A DNA stretch of 16,617 nt from Paramicrosporidium saccamoebae KSL3 (taxonomy: Eukaryota > Fungi > Cryptomycota). Under the pieces are notes generated by a model, which was given only the letters and a program-made list of their open reading frames with translations, ran no database searches and had not been told where the DNA came from. Shown here piece after piece: positions 1 through 9,315 of this stretch. The DNA lies in NCBI GenBank assembly GCA_002794465.1, contig MTSL01000018.1, positions 1 to 16,617 of the forward strand, read 5' to 3'. How positions within the stretch are numbered: the stretch's first letter is position 1; every line of letters starts with the position of its first letter. The translations under genes and the position numbers were made by a program.

Positions 1-1
1 C

Positions 2-103
2 TGTGGTCACCGGCCACCGAACAAATCAGGTTTTCGCAAAGCTTTCAGTGAGGTAAGTCAGCTGTTCTCTTCGCCTGCATATTTTTGCAAGACTTGCTTA
101 TAG
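2..103 (+). CDS. 3' end of a family A paralog (copy A0), truncated by the window edge
   Basis: Frame 2 reads CGHRPPNKSGFRKAFSEVSQLFSSPAYFCKTCL-TAG. This aligns without gaps to the C-terminus of copy A1 (CRYRPQERQALKKVLQWIERLVISPPYLCEVC), sharing C, RP, SP, Y and the terminal CxxC. It is too short to appear in the ORF track. Confidence 0.6.
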   Translation, partial: CGHRPPNKSGFRKAFSEVSQLFSSPAYFCKTCL

Positions 104-176
104 TTGATTCTATTTTCGGCAGATTAACTTTGGTCTACAAATACTTTGAATTTCTGGCCCCTGCTGAGTCGTCGCT

Positions 177-1158
177 ATGGACGCTGTCATAACCATCTTT
201 GCGATAATGGGCGCGCTAATTGCCGGTTTCCAAGCGTGCGAGGCAAGCCTGAAAGGGCACAAAGGAGAACCCGGGTGTCTCGTGCTGATCAAGTTTATCT
301 TTTGCCTTGTGGTGCTGTTCGGAGGGCCCGTAGTGACCGCTGATAGAGCCGCCTGGTCCCATGGTCTTGGCGGAGGGTTGGTATGTATAGCTCTAGGCAC
401 GATGTCCTTTCGAGTTATCCGCCAGCATCGCCATAAGAAGGCCATCATTCCTGACCTGCCAATCCCGGTCCTGTGGCGGGTCTTTGATGCACGTCTAGTT
501 GGGGGCCAGAAGCTCAGCTTTGAGGCTTTCAAAGCTGAATACAAGAGCACCAACGAGCGCTTAGGGGCTGGAGGCATTGGAGAGACGGCAGCATTATTGC
601 TGTTCGTCGACCCATTGGAACTTTCCGTGCCAAGAGTGGTGCGTAGAGTGCTTTATCGCAGCGAAGGCGTTTATAAGCGCCAAAGACATGGACTTGGTAA
701 GCGTGGTACGCTTCCTCTGGAAACGTGACCTGTTTAATCAGGAAACGCGACTGGAAATGACTATGGATGCCTTGGGGCGTCTAGGAAGTGAGCTGGCGGA
801 AGACCTTCGTGCTGTCCTCTCCCTCCAGTACCCCACCAATCCGTGGATTTCGGAACGTTTTGGAACCGAAGCTGCACGGAGGAGAGCCGCCAACCCCAAC
901 ATGATTCCTTTTGACGGCCTCCAATCGAGCATGTGGCATGCTGGAGGGGACTTTGAAGAGTGTCGGTTTTGCCGCTACCGACCCCAGGAGAGGCAAGCGC
1001 TCAAGAAAGTGCTACAGTGGATAGAGAGGCTGGTAATCTCACCCCCTTACCTCTGTGAGGTTTGTGAATATAAGGGTATTGAATTGAGCCTTACTGGAAG
1101 AACCATATCAGAGGAATCCGATGACTCCCCCGGCACCAATGTAAATTCTATTGTGTAA
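177..1158 (+). pseudogene. Family A copy A1: membrane protein with F-box-like motif and CxxC-x27-CxxC, frameshifted at about 627
   Basis: ORF 177..728 matches the N-terminal half of A3 up to LLLFVDPLELS, and ORF 577..1158 matches the C-terminal half from CQEWCVEC on. The junction ctt tcc g tgc is 2 nt short of A3 gcc tcc cgc tgc. A1 also lacks the intron and about 37 codons present in A2/A3. Confidence 0.65.
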
Positions 1159-1585
1159 ACAGTACTGGAGATGTCAAGGTGGCTATAATCAAGAATGAAG
1201 GCAGTAGCTATGCGAGTTCTGGAAGCACTTGATACAGAAAATTTCTCATCACCAATAAATCCATTTTATAATCTTTTTGGATAATGAGGAAGGTGGGCAA
1301 AATAATTGAGTGAGCGAGCTAGGTTCCCATGTGTCCTAATGTAATTTATAGTCCAAATATCGGTATAAAATATAACCCGAGTCAAGATTGATCCTGCGAT
1401 GTTTGGAAGACTGGCCAACTCGAACACTTTACAGCTTTTTATTTACAACCCCGTACCCTTGACTGTTATCGATATTCATGTCTAAAAGCAATGGCTATAT
1501 ACGAGTCTAAAGTTTATTAACGAAGAGTTAACTCTGATAGATTAGAGTATCCGGCGACATGTTAACACAGCTCCCGATGAAATAG

Positions 1586-2431
1586 TCAAGATTCACCCCG
1601 CCTTTTTAATTGAAAGTAGTCATGGCAGTCAAGTAGAATAGGATCCATCAATAATCGACAGCAGTGACATGGCGTATTTGAAGCGCGTTCATACCATGTG
1701 CCTTTTAACCCGTGATGAAACAGCAAGCTCATGTAATGTATCAGAAATAGCTCTCCTTCGGGTCCTTCCAGGACACACATTTGCACACCCAAGAGCTTTC
1801 GGGTACATAACTTTCCATCCAAAAATACTTTGTCCCTCCACAAATTGGGTGATATATGACGAAGAAGAAAAGTTTGCATCTGCCCAGACAGAGCAGAGCC
1901 CATTATAAAAAAAAGGATAGTGTTGATACCGAGGAAACAGCCAGCGCAAAGCAATGCTGCCAGCAGTATGAACGGGGCAACATTGGTGGATATTACTACT
2001 AACCATCCCAGCCATTTCGTGTACTTTTCTGTACAATGAAGATTAATGTATCTTTTTCTTAGACAGTATACCCCATCACGGCTGTGATAGTAGGCCAAAG
2101 ATAATGCATCAGGTGACTCCCAGACCGAAAAGAAGAGTCCGAGGTGTTTCAGAACATACAATTCATAGCAGTGGAATTTATCAGTGCTCTGAAATTTGGC
2201 AACTATGAAAGAACGGAGACTTAGCTGCTCAATGAGCCACATTAACGGCACACCTGCCACAAAGCCGATCCAAATGGAAGCATACATGATCCAGCCCCAG
2301 AATGGATAGCAAATATTGACGACATTCCAAATCATGAATAGCGTCAAGAGCACATCAATGATAATACAGAGACATTTTACCAGTTTTGGAACAATCGTGC
2401 TTCCTTTGGCAGGCTTGAATGTGACATACAT
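1586..2431 (-). CDS. Family B copy B1: 281-aa membrane protein with two tandem MscS-like (TM hairpin + beta-domain) units
   Basis: It aligns almost without gaps to the paralog at 7007..7825. The ATG at 2431 matches the paralog start, and the upstream TTG extension carries a 2-nt indel relative to the paralog, so it is non-coding. There are four hydrophobic segments and an internal repeat KHLGLFFSVWESPD-ALSLAYY / KLLGVQMCVLEGPEGELFLIHY. The gene call is strong; the MscS assignment is by-eye (about 0.55). Confidence 0.8.
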   Translation of the reverse strand: MYVTFKPAKGSTIVPKLVKCLCIIIDVLLTLFMIWNVVNICYPFWGWIMYASIWIGFVAGVPLMWLIEQLSLRSFIVAKFQSTDKFHCYELYVLKHLGLFFSVWESPDALSLAYYHSRDGVYCLRKRYINLHCTEKYTKWLGWLVVISTNVAPFILLAALLCAGCFLGINTILFFIMGSALSGQMQTFLLRHISPNLWRDKVFLDGKLCTRKLLGVQMCVLEGPEGELFLIHYMSLLFHHGLKGTWYERASNTPCHCCRLLMDPILLDCHDYFQLKRRGES

Positions 2432-2513
2432 TGTCGAATGAGGGAGCTGGAGTAGCTCTTTGCATATATTGTCGTCCAATGGGAGTGACTCCTGAATGAT
2501 AATGTGGGATGAC

Positions 2514-2538
2514 TATTTATAGGCACTGGGACGATTGG
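2514..2538 (-). promoter_or_regulatory. TATA box (TATAAATA, 2514..2521) and CCAAT box (2534..2538) of B1
   Basis: Both motifs are conserved in order and near-identical spacing upstream of paralog B2. Confidence 0.6.
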
Positions 2539-2894
2539 TCAGTCAGATTAAACAAGAATATTGAGGATAGGCCTCATATAGTAATGTGTCGCTATTTGTC
2601 TAGACGTGTCTGATACTGGTGAAAGCTACATAGTCTTTCGAGCCACCAATTCGACAAAGACTGTTCAGTTGCAATGTCCAGCAATTGGTCTAATGAGTTG
2701 GTATTCTCATAATAGTCATCCAACGGAAGATTGGACCGGCTGAAACATTAATCCAATGCAGTCATCTGGTAATATTAAAATCTTGTTGCTCAGATAAACA
2801 CCAATATGCTAAGGTTGTGCACAATCATGAAACTGTCGATACACGACTGCTAGCTTTAACAGGTCCGCCTCTCCAAGAGCGTGTCATCTATCCT

Positions 2895-2996
2895 CGAACC
2901 AATCACACTCAGCATGATTAGAGTTTATGCCAAGTGCCGAGTCTTAATCGCCGCCTTTAACTACCAGACCCGGCCGCTAGTTGACTTACTCAGCAG
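2895..2996 (+). promoter_or_regulatory. A2 promoter/5' UTR with CCAAT at 2899..2903
   Basis: About 100 nt of non-coding sequence is clearly homologous to 4599..4704 upstream of A3. The CCAAT lies about 98 nt before the ATG. Confidence 0.5.
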
Positions 2997-3875
2997 ATGG
3001 ATACAGTCATTACAGTCTTCGCTCTCGCCTGTACGACCGTGGCTGGTATGCGCACCTGCTATTTGGGCCTGCTGGCAGAGAATTTGAATGGATGGCTGAC
3101 CGTTGGTGAAATGTTCGTTCACTCTGTGGTGCTATTCAGTGGAATGATTGTGGCAGCTGGAGCGGCCAGTTGGTCCTACGGCGTTGGTGGGGGACTAGTA
3201 TGCACCTTTATTGGGCTACTGGCAGGTCGGTGCTGGTGGGAGCATCGTAAGAATGTACGACTCGCCGAGGTGCTCGGTGGACTATGTCCCAATGGATCGT
3301 GGAGCAGGGCCGAATCGTTCCGCCAGGCGCTCTCAGTATCAAGTGTCTCAATCGCCCTCATTTTTGTAGGTCGCCATAAATCGATTTCATGAAGTCGACA
3401 CGTCCTTGATCCCCCAGTTGCCGCTAGAAACCATGGCAAGGGTTATGATGCCTACCTCACTGGGAATCGATACCTCAGTATCCAAACTTTTAAAAAGGGG
3501 TGCTTAAGTACTGTGGCGTGTTTTGAGGTGCGCGGTTTTGGGAAGATGGTTACTCTATTGCTTTTTGTGGAACCCACCGAAGTCTCTTACTGCCAGAAGT
3601 GGTTTGGTGAGCGTGGGACGATCTTGGGAAATTTCCGCAAGGAGCTGACCGATGTTATCAAGCATCTCTGGAAAAAGAAAACACTGGTACGATCGCTTCA
3701 ACTAGACTGCACCTTGAACGCCATGAGACGCCTGGATGACGAGAAACAGCAGGCGCTGCACGAAGCTTACCCGTGGGATCTATGGATCGAGGCATATCTG
3801 CCAAGACTGCCAGGTATGAATGTTGTCACTCCAGAGCAACATTGGACTCTGGCAGCAAATGGGCGGCGTCGTTGA
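2997..3875 (+). pseudogene. Family A copy A2: spliced (intron 3336..3369), 1-nt deletion at about 3443, divergent C-terminus lacking the CxxC pair
   Basis: It is near-identical to A3 in the 5' third and has the same 34-nt intron. After splicing, agg gtt atg atg needs one more T (gtt tat gat gcc tac = VYDAY; A3 has VYDTY) to reach the conserved frame of ORF 3513..3875. Uncorrected, it stops at TAA 3505..3507. No CxxC occurs in any plus frame of 3830..4000. Confidence 0.65.
3336..3369 (+). other. 34-nt spliceosomal intron (GTATCA...TGTAG) in A2
   Basis: It is orthologous in position and sequence to the A3 intron, at the same 1708-nt offset as the ATGs. Confidence 0.7.
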
Positions 3876-4598
3876 ATACCTATTGTATGGGTTTCAGCTC
3901 ATTAAAAAGGCATTTCTATTGGCTGTGGAATATCACAGAGGACCATGTGCCTGGTCGAGCTCATGCAAGGCCGTCTAGGCCCAGACACGCTACGGATTAG
4001 TAAGCTGCGCTAGGATTATCCAAGCATCTACAGCAATGCAGTAGCTAGATTCTTGGAACATCCTAGTGTAGTTGCAAAGTAACTGACAGTAATGCGACCG
4101 ATTGTCAGATTTTGTCTCAGTGGCGGTTAGTAATGCTCGCACTATTCACTACAACCTGCCAAAGCCGGTACCGACCAGCAAGTAAAAGAGCTACACAGCT
4201 TCCGACTTGTTAAAAAGCTAGTAGTGAACCCTTATTTTGCCTCGAGTGATTAGCAGTGATTCTTTCAATTCTCATCATGAAGTATAACTAAGGTAATAGA
4301 ACGGCTGGCTAGCCCTTTATCGAGAACCGTTCACCTAATACTTGATAGAATCTCGATAGATTTAACGTGTAGACAAAGTCAACGTGCAATATTAATGTAC
4401 ATGGTCTGTTAACATTGTTTGGTTGATGGTTTAGCAGGTTTGGCTGCTACGTTAATATAGTGACGCCATCGAGTTACACTGAACACTTGTTACTTAAAGA
4501 CTAGTATTTTAATGTGGTGCACAAGCATGGAGCTGCTGGAATATGACTCCTGGCCTCAAAAGTTCCGTCTCGCCAAAGGCGCGCCATTTACCCTTGCA

Positions 4599-4704
4599 TC
4601 AGCCAATCATATTCAGCATGACTAGAGTTCATGCTGAGTGTTGAGTCTCAACTGCCGCCCATAAATACCTCCGTCCCCCGGCCGTTAGTTGACTCCCTCA
4701 GCAG
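4599..4704 (+). promoter_or_regulatory. A3 promoter/5' UTR: CCAAT 4603..4607, GCCGCC then CATAAATA TATA-like at about 4660..4667
   Basis: The motifs are visible directly, and the region is homologous to the sequence upstream of A2. Confidence 0.5.
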
Positions 4705-5842
4705 ATGGATACAGTCATTACAGTCTTCGCTCTCGCCTGTACGACCGTGGCTGGTATGCGCACCTGCTATTTGGGCCTGCTGGCAGAGAATTTGAATGGA
4801 TGGCTGACCGTTGGCGAAATGTTTGCCCATTCCGTGGTGCTCTTCGGCGGGACAATTGTGGCAGCTGGTGCGGCCAGTTGGTCTTACGGAGTCGGCGGAG
4901 GGCTAGTATGCATTTCTGTTGGGCTACTGGCAGGTCGGTGCTGGTGGGAGCATCGTAGGAATGTACGACTCGCTGAGGAGCTCGGTGGACTATGTCCCAA
5001 TGGATCATGGAGCAGGGCCGAATCGTTCCACCAGGCGCTCTCGGTATTAAGTGTCTCAATTGCCCTCATTTTTGTAGATTGCTGTGGATCGATTTCACGA
5101 AGTCGACACGTCCTTGATCCCTCAGCTACCGCTGCAAGTTTTGGAACGAGTATACGACACCTACTTGACCAAACAACCATACCTAAGCCTCCAGGATTTC
5201 AAGAAGGAGTGCTTGAGCACTGTGACGTGTTTCGAGGCGTACGACTTTGGGAAGATGGCCGCCTTATTGCTTTTCGTGGAACCCATCGAAGCCTCCCGCT
5301 GCGAGGAGTGGTTTGTTGAGTGCGGAACGATCTTGAGAATCTTCCGCACGGCCAAAGGCAAGGAGTTGGCCGATATCATCAAGTACCTCTGGAAGAAGAA
5401 GACACTGGTACGATCGCTGCAGCTCGACTGCACCTTGAACGCCATGCGACGCCTGGATGACGAGGAAAAGCAGGCATTGTGCTTGGCATTGTACGAAGCT
5501 TACCCTTGGGACCCCTGGATCGAGGCATATCTACCAAGACCGCCAGGCGTGGAAGCTGTTACCTCCGAGACGCGTCCCAAGCCCCTTCCAGATATTCCCA
5601 TTGAACGCTGGTACCCGACAGACAGCTTTGCTCAATGTCGCCTGTGTAAATTTCGGCCCGCAGAAACAGTCCTTCTTTGGTTCTTTTTGGAGGTTTCAAG
5701 ATCGATGCTCCGGCGAGCCAAATGCTGCACATTCTGTGGATATCGAACGTTAAAACTCAGGCTAATATCCAGTCCAGAGCCAGCAGAAAATCCAGACAGA
5801 GAATTGAGGAACTTCGGGATCTTAAATAATAACTGTTTGTGA
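4705..5842 (+). CDS. Family A copy A3, intact: join(4705..5043,5078..5842), 367 aa; about 3 N-terminal TM helices, F-box-like motif, C-terminal CRLC-x26-CTFC
   Basis: Removing the 34-nt GT..AG intron fuses ORFs 4705..5319 and 5084..5842 in frame (HQALS|IAVDRFHEVDTSLIPQLP). Both halves match the single A1 locus. Confidence 0.8.
5044..5077 (+). other. 34-nt spliceosomal intron (GTATTA...CTCATTTTTGTAG) in A3
   Basis: It has GT..AG ends, a 3n+1 length that exactly repairs the frame, a degenerate branch-like CTCAT 9 nt from the 3' end, and conservation in A2. Confidence 0.75.
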
Positions 5843-7006
5843 GATAGTATAACTACGGACCAGGGATACCAATAAAGGGTCTTTACTCTAACCTCACAAA
5901 GATGTCACTTTATTATATAGTGTACAAGACTGATACAAAGTTTGGCGTAGTTATGGGCAGGTGTAAAAAGATCTAAATAATGGCCAAGGGTGCTGGTTAA
6001 TCACTAGTGGCATGAACCCTCTGCGAGGTTTTATAGTGCCAACTAGTCGGTCGCCTACATTGAGGTATCCTCAGCATCTGCGTGAATCTTGATGATATCG
6101 CTATCTGGACCGGGATCAGCGAACATTGTCTCATAGTAGCAATAGGGGCGCAAATAATGGGCATGTAAAAATTGCCAATGAAAGTGCAAAGGCTCGAAAG
6201 GCAAAGACAACGATGAGCATAGCAGAGCGTATCCCCAAGCCACCTGAGTAATTTGGACCAAATACATCTCCAACTTTAAATACAAATTTGATAAATAAAC
6301 CGTAGGTGTGTCAATTTACAGGAATCGCAAAATTCAGGGTATCCATGATTTGGCATCTTGGATTTAAAAGTCCAGATCTGAATGGGCACCCTGACATTTC
6401 AGCCAGTCTGAATGGATTTAAACCCTACTGTATCGCACTGATTGCTTGCCAATCACCTGGCTTGAAGACATTCGATTTGGCTATCAGGTTCTCCAGTTAT
6501 CTTCGCTTGCAAGGCTGTGGCAGAACTGTTAAAGTAACATTAAACGTGTTATTTTCCACAAAGCGGTGGCGGCTATTGCACTGTGCGATGCCCATATTCG
6601 AAAAAGTAAAGTCTGTGATGGTTACTGTACAGTGCAACATTATGTATAAGCTAGGCTTGTTCGTCGTCCGATCATCTAAACGATTAAAATACTTGACATT
6701 CGTACTTTCAGTATACGGCCCCCTTGTCGTGTGGTGGGGATAAAACCACAGACTTTGTCACGTTTGTTCGGGAGGTAAGGGAACTTTTATTATATGCGTG
6801 CAAGTCATTTTATAGTCTCACAAATAACATAATCACAAAATGGTAAAGATGTAGATCTCATTATCCTTCATCGATCGCTCCGACTATCTCTTCTCCAAAC
6901 TAGGGAGATATCCTCAAATACCCAACTAATCAATCCTCTACGTCACACCCTTACAAACGGGGTTATTTATTGCTGTGGCAACTGTTATAATGGTATCAAA
7001 GGCACG

Positions 7007-7825
7007 TTACGCTTTGAGGTCAAGTGGAACTGGATCCATCAGTGAATAGCAGCATGTACATGACATATTGTACGCTGCCCGGACAAACCAGTGGCGTCTT
7101 GTGTAGTGATCAAAGATTACCGCCATGTAAGGTGTCAGGAATAGTTCACCCTCTGGTCCCTCCAGAATACACATCATGAAGCCGAGGAATTTCCGTGTGC
7201 ACATCCTTCCATCCAAGAACATTTTATCTTTCCACAAATATAACTCTCCAAAGCGGGCTATGACTGTGTACAGTTGGTCTGATAGAGAAACGCCCATCAG
7301 AAAGAATAGAGCCGTACCGATGCCAAAAAAGTAGCCTGCGCAGACTAGTATAATCAGTAGTACTAACGGGATGGCATCAGTGGACAGAACGATGAGCCAA
7401 CTCAGCCATTTGTTGAATTCTCGTTGATCACCAAGAAGAACATGCCTCTTTCTTAAGCAGCTCACATGATCCTCTTTGTGATAATATCCCAGGGCCAAGC
7501 AATCGGGTTTTTCCCAGACCGAAAATAGAAATCCAAGGTGCTTCAAATCATGCTTACCGTTAGATACAAGCTGATCTTTAGGCTTAAGTCTGGATGCCAC
7601 AAAGGAACGGATGCTGAAGCGTTTGATGAGCCAGTAAAAGAAGGGGTATGGAACAAGACCGACCCAGATGGAAATATACGTGGTCCAGCCCCAGAATGGA
7701 TAGCAAATATTGACGACATTCCAAATCATGAATAGTGCCAAGAGCACATCAATGATAACGCAGAGACATTTAACCAGTCTTGGAACGATTGTGCTTCCCT
7801 TGGTGGGCTTGAATGTGATATGCAT
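7007..7825 (-). CDS. Family B copy B2: 272-aa membrane protein with two tandem MscS-like units
   Basis: It is a paralog of B1, with 41/47 identical residues at the N-terminus and roughly 45% further on. It keeps RLKPKDQLVSNG, KDKMFLDG..CT, EGPEGELFLTPY and C-x-CC..LMDP. Confidence 0.8.
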   Translation of the reverse strand: MHITFKPTKGSTIVPRLVKCLCVIIDVLLALFMIWNVVNICYPFWGWTTYISIWVGLVPYPFFYWLIKRFSIRSFVASRLKPKDQLVSNGKHDLKHLGFLFSVWEKPDCLALGYYHKEDHVSCLRKRHVLLGDQREFNKWLSWLIVLSTDAIPLVLLIILVCAGYFFGIGTALFFLMGVSLSDQLYTVIARFGELYLWKDKMFLDGRMCTRKFLGFMMCILEGPEGELFLTPYMAVIFDHYTRRHWFVRAAYNMSCTCCYSLMDPVPLDLKA

Positions 7826-7905
7826 TGTCGAATGGGGAAGCCGGAGTAATCTCGCATGTATTATCGTCCAATAGGAGTGACTCCGGAATGATAATGTGGG
7901 ATGAC

Positions 7906-7930
7906 TATTTATAGATAGTGTGGCGATTGG
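7906..7930 (-). promoter_or_regulatory. TATA box (7906..7913) and CCAAT box (7926..7930) of B2
   Basis: Both are conserved with the B1 upstream region. Confidence 0.6.
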
Positions 7931-8312
7931 CCAGTCAATTGAACAACAATAGTGTGGGCCAGTGCTATAAATTGGTACGATGCTATTTATTTAGTTACGT
8001 CTGAAGTGGATGACCCATTCCGGGGTAAATAACGTGCAGATGGAATGCAACGAGTGTAACTGAAAACAAAGCGGCAGGCTCTTTACTCCGTTACGCTAAA
8101 AATACGCCACTAACTCCTGTAGCCCAAATATTGACTCTAAAAGAGTGTTGGCTTTCTTTGCAAATTTTTGTACAATGCTAGAGGTTTATTGGCTGGCTGA
8201 TGCTCAACTATATTGCATCGCAATGGTAGTCTTTGTACTTGTATACCATTAGGCAGATGGCTTGTTGCAGTGTGATACGATTGTCGGAACGGACGTGTCC
8301 TTGTGGAGTAGG

Positions 8313-8882
8313 TTACTTTTTTGATTCTATTGGAACTGGTTCCAGTTCGGTCTCGGCCACGGTTGCCTCATCAGGGGCAGGGGTCTCCACCATTGATCGT
8401 TTCTTTTCGGGTTCTGACGGTTTAGGAGAGATTGTCTCCTCATTGATAACATGCAATGGCCGGCCCGCGACCTCAGGCTCGGGAGCAGGAAGTGATTTCT
8501 CCAGATCCGAATCTTGATTCTCGCCGTGTGGCACCAGGAAAGAGGTCGTTAATGCGAGTACACCCAATAAACATAGCACGACGAGCACCCATCTGTCGAT
8601 CAGTATCACGACAGTGGGCAATCTCTGCACCGACCACGCCAAAGCACTAACCACGAGCATTAGGGCCGTAAAGTTTTGCATCCGTGGCACAAAACAAACG
8701 GAAATGCAACAACTGCCAGCCAACACGTGGAATGCTAGAAAAATGATCATTGGGCCGTCAAAACTAGACCATGCCTGGGAGCCCTTTTCGTAGTAAGACC
8801 AACATACCATGATGAATGGCCAGGAAACTAAAATTGCACCCAGAGCGAGAAACGCTATAGTAGCGGGAAGGTTGCGAGACAT
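8313..8882 (-). CDS. Orphan 189-aa membrane protein: about 4 TM helices and an acidic Pro/Glu-rich C-terminal tail
   Basis: It has an ATG start, four hydrophobic segments followed by a DLEKS...PEPE...ETELEP low-complexity tail, and a CCAAT on the coding strand at 8909..8913. Confidence 0.7.
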   Translation of the reverse strand: MSRNLPATIAFLALGAILVSWPFIMVCWSYYEKGSQAWSSFDGPMIIFLAFHVLAGSCCISVCFVPRMQNFTALMLVVSALAWSVQRLPTVVILIDRWVLVVLCLLGVLALTTSFLVPHGENQDSDLEKSLPAPEPEVAGRPLHVINEETISPKPSEPEKKRSMVETPAPDEATVAETELEPVPIESKK

Positions 8883-9315
8883 GCGGAGCGCGTGTGCAGA
8901 TTGTCCTTATTGGGCCGAGGGGAGTATAGCCAGAGCATGCCATCAACCAATCGTCGCGTAGTAGAGGTGGTCATTGCCGGCTGGTGACACCTGGGACCGA
9001 AATTATCACTGACTCGATAAACATTGCTTGTGTGCCTTGATAGACGCTTAAACAGAGCGCCGGTAAAATCAATTTGCATATCTGACGCCTCTATTCAACT
9101 TCACAATTCCAAACAGAGAATCAGTCTATCCCCAATGAGATTCCTTTCTACAGCCAGCCAACCGCCAATTTCTCCTAAATAAGGATAGACTGTGTTGGAC
9201 TACAAACCTGGCAGACAGGCGGTTTGAATAAACACATTTGTAATTTCTGGCACGCAGCAATTCCTATTGGCCGCCGATAGTACATTTGCCCTCGTTGTCG
9301 CCGGGGTGGAGGGAG

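Noticed and set aside
54-59. Perfect GTAAGT splice donor
   Set aside because: It lies inside the gap-free alignable coding end of family A copy A0; splicing here would remove the terminal CxxC.
621-629. CTT TCC G as a programmed +1 frameshift site in A1
   Set aside because: Ty1-type +1 shifting needs CTT followed by a rare codon (AGG/AGT). TCC is not rare, and the site is not conserved in A2 or A3.
1201-1230. Short similarity (gcagtagcta...ttggaa) to about 4038..4065
   Set aside because: Only about 10 nt match exactly and the flanks do not align; this is compatible with chance or an unrecoverably old duplication.
6055-6346. Possible 81-aa spliced minus-strand gene (exons 6346..6320 and 6273..6055; 46-nt GTAAAT..AAG intron)
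   Set aside because: Intron length, donor and acceptor all differ from the four supported introns, and the product has no recognisable features.
6200-6480. FKPGDW and FKVGDVFGPNY fragments resembling a Ty3/gypsy integrase C-terminus
   Set aside because: The matches are very short and lie in a stop-riddled frame, with no RT, RNase H, integrase core or LTRs nearby.
6306-6743. 145-aa plus-strand ORF
   Set aside because: It has a GTG start, no recognisable motif, paralog or promoter signature, and could be a chance ORF. It is not excluded; RNA-seq is needed.
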